From Scyliorhinus canicula (Eukaryota), in the NCBI RefSeq assembly GCF_902713615.1, contig NW_024055461.1, forward strand, positions 2,734,345 to 2,798,344: a stretch of 64,000 nucleotides of DNA, read 5' to 3'. Numbering within the stretch: position 1 is the first letter of the stretch; each line of letters opens with the position of its first letter. Shown here piece by piece: positions 1 through 12,030 of the stretch. Position numbers and translations under genes: made by a program. Under the pieces are notes generated by a model. That model saw nothing but the letters and a program-made list of their open reading frames with translations. It had not been told where the DNA came from and ran no database searches.

Positions 1-1324
1 GTTTTTTGTGTTTTGTGAGGGCTTTGAATCAATTGATTTATCCCTGATCACGGGAGCTGAATTAAAGTTTGCAGTTACTTGGAACATAAAAATGAGTTAT
101 ATATTTCCGTAAATAGCCTGTTCTTAAACATTTGGCAGCTGTTACGGCCACACTATTCCTTCAACACCTTTGCGAATTACGAGCAATTAAATAAGTTTTT
201 AAATTCTGAAAGCTGAACATCGTTATTTCGTCATATTATTTTTTAAATTGTAGAAAGATAAAGGTAGCCTAAGACTAACAAATAAACACCTGCAATTCAG
301 GCAGACTAATATAATTACTCAAGGTTAAACATAATTTTAATTTAATGACAATATCTTGTCTCGCAAAGCTATGCTGCGCATAGGATAGAATTATGGGAGA
401 AGAAATAAATAAAATCAACCTTAACATTTAATTCTTCTGAAATAATAAATTGAATCACAGCATCTCAACTCCATTTGCTCCGAGGTTTCCGTGACACTGA
501 TGATCTGAATGAATTGTCCCCTTTCAGTTCTACCCTGTTCATTTGGACCTGCTTTCAATAAGCCACACAATATATTTACAACTCATTTAGAGCGACTCCG
601 AGAATTAGAGGAGGATTATATAAAAGATTGTTATCACAAAACAGCAGCACCGTTACTGATTACAAACTCTCCAACTGTGCATATTTTGTTATGACTCAGT
701 ATGCAATTTAATCTGGAAAGTCCTAATTTAACAAAACAGACCATTTAAGAAACCATTCTAGGTGCGATATAATTCAGGCCAGATTTCAAAATATGTGCAA
801 TTTTACGCATTTTGTGAAATACTTTCTGATAATGTACTGAATTTATGATATATCAATGTGTTCATAAAATAGGGAGAGTCGGTTTAAAAAAGGCAGGCGA
901 ATGCATTGTTCATTATAAATTATTCAAATCTAATTATATAAAGTAAAAAATAATATTTATTTCTGAACATTACTTGTAATAATGTGATTGTTTTGCTTAA
1001 CACAAATTAATGCTATATTAATTGAACTAGTCACGTTATTTTACTAAGTTCAGGAAGAAATTGGTTTTCAAATGTTATTATTATATAACAAAATTAGTTA
1101 AAAATAGCATTAACTTGCAATGAAATATTAGCGCTGATTACATCAACCCAAGTGACCTCTCAAAATTGAGTACACACTGAGCAGAATTACAGTGAGTGTA
1201 AAATCTCAACTGTTGAAGATAACTTATATCTGTATTTTAAATAAATTTTGATAGCAATGCTTTCTACTCAGCTGTGTTCAGGTCGATAAAGTATTTCGTT
1301 TTATTGATCTTATTGGTTATTTTT

Positions 1325-1625
1325 TAAAATACATTTAGAGTACCCAATTGTTATTTTTTCCAATTAAGGGTCAATTTAGAGTGGCCAATCCACCTAACCT
1401 GCACATCTTTGGGTTGTGGGGCTGAAACCCTCGCAGACATTGTGAGAATGTGCAAACTCCACACGGACATTGACCTAGGTAATGAACTCGAACCCGGGTC
1501 CTCAGCGCCGCAGTTTTACTTTATACAATTAGATTTGAATAATTTATAATGAACAATGCATTCGCTTGCCTTTTTTAACCGACTCTCCCTATTTTATGCT
1601 AACCACTGCGCCACATGCCGTCTTC
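1325..1625 (-). mobile_element. HE1-like tRNA-derived SINE carrying an 85-bp inverted insertion
   Basis: gtggccaatccacctaacctgcacatctttggg...gtgcaaactccacacggac...gaactcgaacccgggtcc...ctaaccactgcgccac. Confidence 0.8.
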
Positions 1626-2167
1626 ATTGGTTATTTTCAATTGCGAAATCATATCAATTGAGCCGGTAATCTGTTGTAAATATGAATATTCCCTGGTTGC
1701 TTCATAGTTGCTATGTTACTGAGTCCCGGTTATGAACATCAGGTTGCCCAGAATCTGTAATAAATAATACTGCACTACAAATAAGAAAAATTAAATTTTA
1801 CAAAGTTTTCAATGTTCCAAAGAGCAGCGTCTGTTCTGATCAGACAAAAGGCTGGGGGTTGTTTTGATAACATGTATGCAGAATGTCCAATAACGTGCTT
1901 CAAATAATCAGCAAGGGAACCTGATATTTGGAACAATTATTTCGATCGATTCTTTGAAGAACGGCCACAGGCAGGAAAAGACTCGAATGAAATGCACTGG
2001 TCCGCTTGGGTCACAACATGGGGCACCAGATCATAGGCCGATATGTGTGTGAAACATTCTAAGTGATGCATTTAATTAATTAGCTTTCAAAACAACCTTC
2101 AAGTTTTAGTATATCTGATTGGTTCAGTTCCTTGAACAGCCACAGGCACCTTCGCTTTACTATCATT

Positions 2168-2372
2168 GGGCGGGATTCTCCAGTCCGCCAGCCGCGTGCT
2201 TCCCAGCCGCGTGTTTCTCGGCCGCGCGTCGATCGCTGGAGGCGGTATACTGACTTCCCGCTGATCGTCAATGGGATTTCCTATTGTAAGCATCCCATGC
2301 CACAATGAAACTCACTAACGTGTGTGCGCTGCCGGTGGGTAAATCGAATTGCAACGGCCAGAGAACTCCGGC
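2168..2372. mobile_element. Possible MITE or palindromic non-autonomous element
   Basis: GC/CpG-rich island in an AT-rich intron with imperfect inverted ends gggcgggattctcc ... gagaactccggc. Confidence 0.4.
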
Positions 2373-2859
2373 AATTATTTCATCATTATTAAATGGAATT
2401 TGATATGGTTTCGGTGATGCACATTATGACCCCTTCTTTCAAAATAATTTGTTAATAACTATTTGTGTTGTGTTTCCTATAATCGAAGCGTTTAATAGCA
2501 CAGAGGACGATATTCACCACTGAATATCCAGGCTTGGGCTGACAAGTGGCTTGCTCCATTCGTGCCACACAATGCCAGGCAATGGCCATCCAGCAGTTCC
2601 ACGTGCCCATTCCTCGAAGGAGAGCAGCTGTGCCTGCGTCTGGTTCCTAGGGAACCACTATTTGCAGTCCATTCATGGCTTTCGAGTAGTGGTTTGTGAC
2701 TGAAAACTCGTAGAAACCAGCTGCAGCGTTGATCTTATTCATACCTTTTACGCTTCAGTGGACTAAGTGGAGAACCTCCAATGTTTGTACACGTTGCCCA
2801 CATCAAAGAGAAGAAAATGCACGATTTCACTATACCTGACTTCCTTTGATGTGGCCAAT

Positions 2860-5800
2860 GATTACATAGAGTCATGGACGTTTACAGCATGGAAACAGTC
2901 CTGTCGGCAAGCTGGTTCATGCCGCACAGTTTCCATCACTAAGTTAGTCCCACTTGCCTGCATTTGGCCCATATCCTTCTGCACTCACCCTGCCCGTGTT
3001 ACTGTCTAACTGCTTTTTAAAGAACAAAATTGTACCCCGCCACCACCACTGCCTCTGGCAGCCCATTCCAGATGCTCACCAAACTCTGTGTGAAGAAATT
3101 TCCCCTCTGGTCTCTTTTGTATCGCTCCCCTCTCACCTTAAACTTACGTCCTTTCGTTCTAGACTCCTCTATCTTTGTGGAAAAGTGTCGACTATTTACC
3201 TTATCGATGCTCCTCATTATTTTATAGACCTCTATAAGATTACCCCTAAGCCACCTACACTCCAGGGAAAAAAGTCCCAATCTATCCAGCCTCTCCTTAG
3301 AACTCAAACTATAAAGTCCAGGTAGCGTCCTCATAAATATCTTCTGCGCTCTTTCTAGTTCAACAATATCCTTCCTATAATAGGGTGAGCAGAACTGAAC
3401 ACAATATTCGAGGTGCCGTCTTACCAATATCTTGTACAACTTTACAAGACGTCCCAACCTGTATACAGTATTCTAATTAATAAAATCTAGCATGCTGAAT
3501 GCCTTCTACACCACCCTGTCCACCTACGATTCCACCTTGAAGAAGCGATGAACCTGTATTCCTAGATTTCTTTGTTCTGTAACACTCCCCAAATCCCTGT
3601 CATTAACTGAATAGGTCCTGCCCAGATTTTATCTACCAAAATGCATCACCTCACATTTATGTCAATTATGTACCCAAATGTCAATCTCGCCCTGGATTCC
3701 GTGAGATTTAACCTTTTGCAACAACCTACCATGCAGTAGCTTGTCAAAAACCTTGCTAATGTCCATGTAGGCAACGTAGACCGCACTGCCCTCATCTACC
3801 TTCTTGTTTACCTCTTCAAAATATCAATCAAATTCGTGAGACATGACTTTCCCCTTACAAAGCCATGTTGACTTTCCCTGATTAGCCCTTGCCTGTCTAA
3901 ATGCCTGTAGATCCTGTCCCTCAGAATACCTTCTAACAACTTACCCACTACAGAAGTAACACTCACCTCTCCTGCGCCTGTTGATGATTTAAATATCTCA
4001 GCTAGGGCCGCGGCAATTTCCTCGCTAGCCTCCCGCAACATCCTGGGATACATTTCGTCAGGTCCCGGAAATTGTCTATCTTTATGCGCTTTAATATCTC
4101 CATCACCTCCTTCTCTGTAGTATGTACACTCCTCAATACACCACTTTTTATTTCTCCAATTTCCCTAATATTCATGCCTTTCTCAACAGTAAATACTGAC
4201 GAGAAATATTCATTCAGGTCCTCTCCCATCCCTTGTGGATCCGCACATAGATGGCCCTGTTTATCCTTAAGAGGCCCTACCCTCTCCCAAGTCACTCTTT
4301 TGACCTTTATGTGGCCGGAAAAGCTCTTTGGATTTATCTTTGCCTTATCTGCCAAGACAATCTCATGTCTCCTTTTTGCCCTCCTGACTTCTCTCTTAAA
4401 TCTAATCCGACAAGCCCTATACTCTTCAAGGGATCCACGCGATTCTACCTGCCTATGCATGTCAAATGCCTCCTTCCTCCTTTTGACCATAACCTCAATA
4501 TTCCGAGTCATCCAGGGTTCCCTACTTCTACCAGCCTTACCCGTCACTCTAAGAGGAATGTGCTTACACTGAACCCTAGTCAACACACTTAAAAAAAATG
4601 TTTTAGAGTACCCAATTATCTTTTTCCCAATTGATGGGCAATTTAGTGTGGCCAATCAACGTAACCTGCCCGTCTTTGGGTTGTGGGGGTGAAACCCATG
4701 CAAACACGGGGAGAGTGGGGCAGCAGGGTAGCATGGTGGTTAGCATAAATGCTTCACAGCTCCAGGGTCCCAGGTTCGATTCCCGGCTGGGTCACTGTCT
4801 GTGTGGAGTCTGCACGTCCTCCCCCTGTGTGCGTGGGTTTCCTCCGGGTGCTCCGGTTTCCTCCCACAGTCCAAAGATGTGCGGGTTAGGTGGATTGGCC
4901 ATGCTAAATTGCCCGTAGTGTCCTAATAAAAGTAAGGATAAGGGGGGGTTGTTGGGTTACGGATATAAGGTGGATTCGTGGGTTTGAGTAGGGTGATCAT
5001 GGCTCGGCACAACATTGAGGGCCGAAGGGCCTGTTCTGTGCTGTGCTGTACTGTTCTATGTTCTATGTTCTATGAATGTGCAAACTCTACACGAACAGTG
5101 AGCCAGGGCCGGGATTTTAACCCCAGTCCTTAGCGCCACAGTCCCGGTAACCACACGCCGCCATGCCAACGCACTTTAGAAAGACTGCCACTTACCAGCT
5201 GCCCCCTTGCCCGTAAACAGGCTCTCCCAATCAACTTTTGAAAGTTCCCGCCTAATATCCTCGAAATTGGCCATGCCTCAATTCAGAATTTTAAGTTTTG
5301 GGCCAGAACTATAATTCTTCATAGCGATCTTAAAACTAATGGAATTATGGTCACTGGTCCCAAAGTCATCCCTCACTAACACGTCCGTCATCTTCCCTTC
5401 CTTATTCCCCAAGAGAAGGTCAAGTTTTGCCCCCTCTCTAGTCGGGTCATCCACATATTGAATGAGAAATTCTTCCTGAATACCCTCGATAAATGTCCCT
5501 CCATCCAATCCCCTAGTGCTACGGCTGTCCCAGTTCATGTTAGGAAAGTTAAAGTCCCCTACTATTGCCACCCTATATTTCCGGCAGCTATCTGTAATCT
5601 CCTTATATATTTGTCTCTCGATTTCCCGCTGACTATTTGGGGGCCTATATCACAGTCCTGCCAAAGTGATCTCACCCTTCCTATTTTTTAGTTCTACCCA
5701 TATAGACTCAGGCGGACCCTTGGATATATCCTCTCTCTGTACTGCTGTGATGTTGTCCTTAATCAAAAACGCAACTCCCCCTCCTCTCCTATCCCCTGGT

Positions 5801-5970
5801 CTATCTTTCCTGCAGAACTGTACCCTGGAACATTGAGCTGCCAGTCCTGCCCATCCTTTAGCCATGTTTCAGTAATAGCTATAATATCCCAATCCCATGT
5901 ACCTATCCATGCACTGAGTTTATCTGCCTTGCCCGTTAGGCCTCTAGCATTGAAATAAATGCAGTTCAAT
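2860..5970 (-). mobile_element. Degenerate CR1-clade LINE ORF2 in the J-C intron, with internal deletions and nested SINEs
   Basis: Fragments CIYFNARGL..IIAITETW, GDFNFP..TSDHN, VTSVVGKLLEG..QHGFVRGKSCLTNL and HLEYCVQF..ERLDRLGLFSLE. Confidence 0.85.
4585..5167. mobile_element. SINE (+, 4716-5075) nested in a SINE (-), nested in the CR1
   Basis: The outer copy acacggggaga|...|atgtgcaaactc is split by gggcagcagggtagc...(ttctatg)n. Confidence 0.8.
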
Positions 5971-7070
5971 CTGTTTCTCTGCCTTCCACTGTTTCGTTAC
6001 TGGCTTTTGTTTCTGTCCCTTCTTTACTACCCTCTGACTTCCTGTAATGTTTCCCATGATGGTTCCCACATGGTTCGCATGATGTGAGCTATATGATTCA
6101 ATTGATATTTTGAAAGATTTTAACATAATTTTTCCATTACAAATTACGATGTGAACAAAAAAGCTTAAGATATGGTTTGGTCCATGTCGTTTTAATCAAG
6201 AACCATTTATTTTACCGACATTCAGAGACCCATTTCCCTAAATCGTTGAAATGGTATGTAATGGCTTTGATTTAACACCAGCATGGAATGAAGGAATAGA
6301 GAGTGTTTGTATCTAATTTTGTACATCACGATTTGTTCGAAGATTGGTTGAATCCGCAGTAGTGAGATATAATGGAACTTTTGAAATGTAGATCGAGAAT
6401 TTGCAGATCAATGGGATTGCTGAAGATCGTGATCCACCGAAAGGCCTTCTTCTCTGACCTCATTTTCTATTGTTCTTTAATTCCGCGTTATGCTTGAAAT
6501 GTCGGCATTTATTTCAAATATTGTATACGCTGTATGTCTGGTATGAGGAGCTCTGTAATAAGGAAAACAATATCCATCAGAATGTAAACGAATACATCAG
6601 ATAGACAGAACACCGACTTACATTATATAGCCGCTGCAATTCAGTAATAAGCTCCAAGATGATTCACAGGGACGTAATAAGAGAATGTCTGACACCAATT
6701 AATCAAAAGCTTGGCCAACAAGATACCATTTAAGGCAACACATTAAAGCAGAAACAGCGCGGGGCAAAACGGTAGCACAAGTGCTGCGTTTCTCTTAATC
6801 TGATGGCACTTACTTCATCCAGACTTCATCAAGATGTTATTTTTAAATTATATTTTCCCAACGTGTTGCGTCCGAGAGAGGCACAGGTGGATTTCAAATC
6901 AGGGGAACAATCAGTGACAATTCAAATCTGATGGAACTGTTGGAAGCTCAAAATGTGGATGTAGATTTTAATCGAACACCACTGAACGGCAGCCAAATTT
7001 CAAGCTGCTTGCTAAATTAATGAGCACGAATAAGGGTACCTAATTTATTGAATTGACAATTCTTTCCCAG

Positions 7071-7370
7071 CGCCACCGACGCCGCCCACCCTCTATGGTC
7101 TGCTCTCCTTCTGTGAGCAAAGAAACACTGCCGGCTCCGTGACCTACGGCTGTTTGGCGACTGACTATTTCCCGGAAATCACCAGCCTTACTTGGAAGAA
7201 AGATCATGAGACAATCACCGCTGGATTGAAAACGTATCCATCAGTGCTAAACAAGAAGGGAACCCATACTCTGAGCAGCCAGTTAACCATAAGCGCGACA
7301 GAGATAGGGAGCAGCAAAATCTACTGCGAGGTTCGACGCAGCGAGTCGGTCTGGAAGAAGGAAATGCCAG
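7071..7370 (+). CDS. IGHM: IgM heavy chain constant exon CH1 (Cmu1)
   Basis: Acceptor tttcccag|7071 and donor 7370|gttagt, phase 1. Translates [17 protein letters not shown]...[19 protein letters not shown]...[28 protein letters not shown]1-set Cys/Trp/Cys pattern plus the extra N-terminal Cys used for light-chain linkage. Confidence 0.95.
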
Positions 7371-7410
7371 GTTAGTGTATGATGCCGGCAACGGTATTGG
7401 CGGTACGGAG

Positions 7411-7441
<31 letters not shown>

Positions 7442-7929
7442 AGATGGAAGTTGGTGCTGGGGCTTGGTGTGGTGACGGGGATGATAGGGAAGTGGATGGA
7501 AGTGTCCACTTCACACGCAGTGTAACGTGTACAGTTCTGGCCCCCACATCACACTCAGTATACAGTTAGAGTCACCAGATTGCACTCAATATACTGTTTA
7601 CAGTTATAGTCTCTACAATACACTCAGTGCTGTGTACACATTTATGAGCTCCAGTTACACTCACTACTATACAAAGTTCTGATTTCCACATTACACTCAG
7701 CGCAAGCCCAGGCCAGATGGTGGGGGTGAATGTGGCCTGGGCTTGCAACAACCTACCAACTGTCCTGCCTTGAGACAATTCACACCTCTTTAACCTGTGG
7801 AGTATAAATTCTAGCATTGACATAATGGGCAAAGTTATCTGCTGTGTCGATGTGATGCAAACCTCTCTACAGTTTTTAATTGTTCATTTGAAACAAGATT
7901 AAATGTCAATTTCATGTATTTTCTTTAAG

Positions 7930-8241
7930 ATCATGTGATCCACCATCCAACTCTTATCCTCACAACGAGTCAACGGGAAGAAATCACAAGCAGCAGGTTT
8001 GCAACCGTCGCCTGTTCAATCGTTGATTTCCGTCCAAGCACAATTAACGTCAAATGGCTGAAGAATGGACAAGCCTTCGACTCGGGCTTCGTCACCTCTC
8101 CCGCCTTTAAAGTGAACGGGAACTTCTCGGCGACTAGTCGGCTGACGGTCCCCGCTGGGGAATGGTTCACCCACACGGTCTATACCTGCCAGGTCACTCA
8201 TCAAGGGGTCACCCAAAATCGAAATATCACCAGATCTCAGG
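7930..8241 (+). CDS. IGHM: IgM constant exon CH2 (Cmu2)
   Basis: Acceptor ttctttaag|7930, donor 8241|gtaaga. Translates ...[23 protein letters not shown]...[14 protein letters not shown]...YTCQVTHQG; sequons NFS and NIT. Confidence 0.95.
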
Positions 8242-8915
8242 GTAAGAGACACAATCCTAGAAATTTGGAGGTAATTCTGGGAGCCGAACTTAGACAAATA
8301 CGAGAAACGTATTGCAATAATGAAAAATCCTGGATTATTTAAATTTATTACAATCGTGTGGTTTATGTTTCCTTCCAATATAAAATCAAATGACGTGCTT
8401 TCCTTTTTTACAGCAGAATATAAGATAGTATCTTGACACCGTGAACTTATATTTTAGTCATGGCCTTCTGGAAACACAAGTGCAGTACAACCATCAGTTC
8501 CCATTTATTCGGGGACTACCAGGAAATGATGTGCTGATGGATCCAGCTGCATTTCCCGCACATAAATCTGTAGAATACTCAGTAGTTTCGTTTTGTGATA
8601 TAATCAGTCGATGATTCTCTAATCCATCATTTCGGCGCCAGCGATATTCAGCCTAAAACACAATTGCTCATGAAAATATTCCACTTGCTACATCGGGTAT
8701 TTGTTTTACTGATATACCAGGAGACCTGGGTGGAATTATAGATGAAATATCAGTCACCCGGTGTCCTGCAATTTGCCATCCTTTAAATAATTACTGCGTT
8801 TATATAATATTGGAACAATGAATATCACAAATGGGTATTCCCATTGAGAGTGAGGTAACTGGATACCAATGTTTTGATTCTTAAGGTCATGTTAATTTTA
8901 ATTTCTGTTCCACAG

Positions 8916-9224
8916 ATGAATCCACATGCACCGATCCCATAATTACTCTGCTGCCACCAGCAATAGAACAGGTCTTGCTGGAGGCGACCGTGACCTTAAC
9001 CTGCATCGTGACGAACGCTCCTTATGGAGTCAGCGTGTCCTGGAGCCACGAAAAGAGGCCTTTGAAAGCAGAGATTACAGCCCAACATGGAGAGGATCGA
9101 GATAACGTGGTCAGCAACTTAAATGTCTCAACACAAGCCTGGCTGAGTGGAGCTGAGTTCGACTGTGTGCTGAGTCATCAGGATCTGCCGACTCCTCTCA
9201 GAAAGTCCATCCGCAAGGAAAGAG
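8916..9224 (+). CDS. IGHM: IgM constant exon CH3 (Cmu3)
   Basis: Acceptor ttccacag|8916, donor 9224|gtgaga. Translates [41 protein letters not shown]...[33 protein letters not shown]. Confidence 0.95.
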
Positions 9225-9254
9225 GTGAGAGGTGCGATTGAAGCAATAAAGCCA

Positions 9255-9545
9255 GTCATTGTGTTTTTAGCACTGTTGTTTCACAGCACCAGGTTCGATT
9301 CCTGCTTGGTCACTGCCTCTGCGGAGCCTGCACGTTCTCCCCTTGTCTGCATGGGTTTCCTCCGGGTGCTCCGGTTTCCTCCCACAGTCCCAAAAGACGG
9401 GCTGTTAGGTAATTTGGTCATTCTGACTTCTCACTCTGTGTACCCGAACAGGCTGCGGAATGTGGCGACTAGGGGATTTTCACAATAACTTAATTGCAGT
9501 GTTAATGTAAGCCTACTTGTGACACTAATAGGAATTATTATTTAT
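9255..9545 (+). mobile_element. HE1-like SINE in the CH3-CH4 intron
   Basis: ggttcgattcc, ctgcacgttctcccc..gggtttcctccgggtgctccggtttcctcccacagtcc core; gtggcgactagggg..gtgacact tail. Confidence 0.8.
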
Positions 9546-9692
9546 TTCCGGGGCCAATAAAATTACAAGTTTTTCTATTCCCTGCTAGAGGCACAAATTT
9601 TATCGGTTAACTTCTTTAACTGAACACACTGCGGCTAAAAGTGAGCAATTAAATGAAAACTGGGGAGGAATATGAGGCAGAAAGGAATAAGA

Positions 9693-10039
9693 TCATAGAA
9701 TTTACAGTGCAGAAGGAGGCCATTCGGCCCATCGAGTCTGCACCGGCTCCTGGAAAGAGCACCCTACCCAAGTTCAACACCTCCACCCTATCCCAATAAC
9801 CCAGTAACCCCACCCAACACTAAGGGCAATTTTGGACACTAAGGGCAATTTATCATGGCCAATCCACCTAACCTGCACATCTTTGCACTGTGGGAGGAAA
9901 CCGGAGCACCCGGAGGAAACCCACGCACACACGGGAAGGATGTGCAGACTCCGCACAGACAGTGACCCGAGCCAGAATCGAACCTGGGACCCTGGAGCTG
10001 TGAAGCCATTGTGCTATCCACAATGCTACCGTGCTGCCC
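9693..10039 (-). mobile_element. HE1-like SINE in the CH3-CH4 intron
   Basis: Reverse complement starts gggcagcacggtagcattgtggatagcac and ends with a CR1-like tail. Confidence 0.85.
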
Positions 10040-10352
10040 AGAATTGTAACATCTGCTAGCAGGGTTGAAAGAATCTGGCGGGTGTGGACAATAAATTCCA
10101 GAACTAAACAGTTGGGCCGAGTGGCGCGTTTCAGTCCCAAAAATACAATGTAAATTTCCAGTTCAAATTGAGAATTTGTCAGGGAGAAGGATTTCACCAG
10201 CGTTTGCTCCGATCTGGACAGCAGGACAGTTCCCGGTGGGGCGGGGGAGTGGCGTGATGGAACGGTTTTACATTTGCTGGAAAGCACATTTCTTTCATCA
10301 TTTGTTTCCGGAATTGTCCAGTCCATAGATATTTATTGTACATTTTCTGCAG

Positions 10353-10744
10353 ATTCCAACCCGCGGGAACCGTCCGTCTCTGTCCTCCTGCCCTCGGCTG
10401 AAGACGTCTCCGCTCAGAGATTCGTCTCCCTCAGCTGCTTAGTGAGAGGTTTCTCCCCCCGAGAGATCTTCGTCAAGTGGACCGTCAACGACAAGCCGGT
10501 GAATCCCGGGAACTACAAGAACACCGAGGTGATGGCGGAGAACGGCAATAGCTCCTTCTTCATGTACAGCCTGTTATCCATTGCAGCGGAGGAGTGGGCC
10601 AGCGGCGCTTCTTACTCCTGTGTGGTGGGACATGAAGCCATCCCCTTGAAGATCATCAACAGAACGGTTGATAAATCCAGCGGTAAACCCAGTTTTGTGA
10701 ACATTTCCCTCGCTCTGATGGACACCGTTAATTCATGTCAATGA
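10353..10744 (+). CDS. IGHM: IgM constant exon CH4 plus secretory tailpiece
   Basis: Acceptor ttttctgcag|10353. Translates [81 protein letters not shown]. Internal donor G|gtaaac at 10682/10683 for the membrane form; tailpiece has sequon NIS and a penultimate Cys. Confidence 0.96.
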
Positions 10745-10778
10745 GAATCTACCAATTGCATTAACACTTAAAAACCAC

Positions 10779-10784
10779 AATAAA
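10779..10784 (+). terminator. Poly(A) signal of secreted IgM mRNA
   Basis: AATAAA 35 nt after the tailpiece stop, followed by a T/GT-rich stretch. Confidence 0.8.
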
Positions 10785-12030
10785 AACCTTTACTTCCACT
10801 TGTGGATTAAAATACATCTTTTAATTAATGTTGTTTCCCATTTAAACCAAGAGGATAACTGTTCATCTGAAATTGAATAATTGTCAGTTTTATTCCCCTG
10901 GCTTAGACAGTCAACGATCCAAATTGAGATACACTGGCAAAGAGAAGCAGATTGATGCTCAGTAATTCCATGATTCCACTGAATAAGATCTGCACCTTTC
11001 CTCCATGTGCTGGTAGATGTGGAAAAAGCAGTTTCAAATATAGATGCCTTCTTTTATCAAGCCCATCGAAGTTTCATACAATCTTGTTATAACATCGAGC
11101 TTACTGAGAACGTACATAACAGTAGGACCTGAACCTATGAACTCCTTCAGCATATATGGAGAAGTGCACTTTTACCCCATTCTACATAAACATCATCAAC
11201 AGAGGGAGTTAAAGGCGGATTTGTGAATTCATTGTAGTCCCAGGCCCACACTCAGCCACCAGAGAGGAGGAGAAATAGAAATTATTGGCCCATTATATTC
11301 ATTCTTCCGCCAGAGAGAGGAATAAGGATAATTGATATCTCATTATACACTTTCTTCCGCCGGAAGAGAAAGGGTCACCCATTATATTAATTCTTGCAGC
11401 AGAGAGAGAACACAGGGTAATTGGTAAACCATTATACTCATTCTTCCAGGAGTGGAAGGATAATGATCATTGGTAAATCATTATACTCATTCTTTCACCA
11501 GAGGGAGGGGGAAGGGATACTTGATAACGCATTATACCCATCAGAGTTAGGATAATGGGCAATTGTTAACCCATTATAGTCATTCTTTCGCAAAAGAGAG
11601 GGGGGAAAGTAAATCCATTATACTCATATTTCTACCAGAGAGAGGAGAAAAAAACGATTAATAACCGATTCTGTTCCTTCTTCCACCAAAGGGAAAAGAA
11701 AGGATAATTGATCACCCATTATACCCATTCTTCCACCAGAGAGAGAGGAAAAGGAGTAATTGACAACGCATTTTACCCATTCTTCCACCAGAGAGAGGAA
11801 AAGGAGTAATTGACAACGCATTATAACCATTCTTCCACTAGAGAGAGGAAAAGGGGTAATTGATAGCCCTTGATGCTCATTCTTCCGCCAGAGAGAGTAG
11901 AAAGAGCAATTGTAAACCCATTGTACTCATTTTTTTCTTAAGAGACTGAAGAAAGGGCAATTGATCAACCATTATACACAATTTTCCACCAGCGAGAGGA
12001 AAAAAGGTAATTGTGAACTCATTGCACTGA

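Noticed and set aside
1-7070. V, D or J segments and recombination signal sequences upstream of CH1
   Set aside because: No WGxGT J motif found. The nonamer-like GTTTTTTGT at 1-9 has no heptamer at 12- or 23-bp spacing. The rearranging segments must lie upstream of the window.
1-7070. Class-switch (S) region or a defined intronic enhancer
   Set aside because: No AGCT/GGGGT tandem array. Scattered E-boxes (136, 287, 1269, 6884) are at about chance frequency and I found no octamer.
7071-10744. IgW, IgNAR or three-domain IgM1gj identity
   Set aside because: Exactly four C exons with a light-chain Cys in CH1 and the [19 protein letters not shown] tailpiece fit conventional shark IgM.
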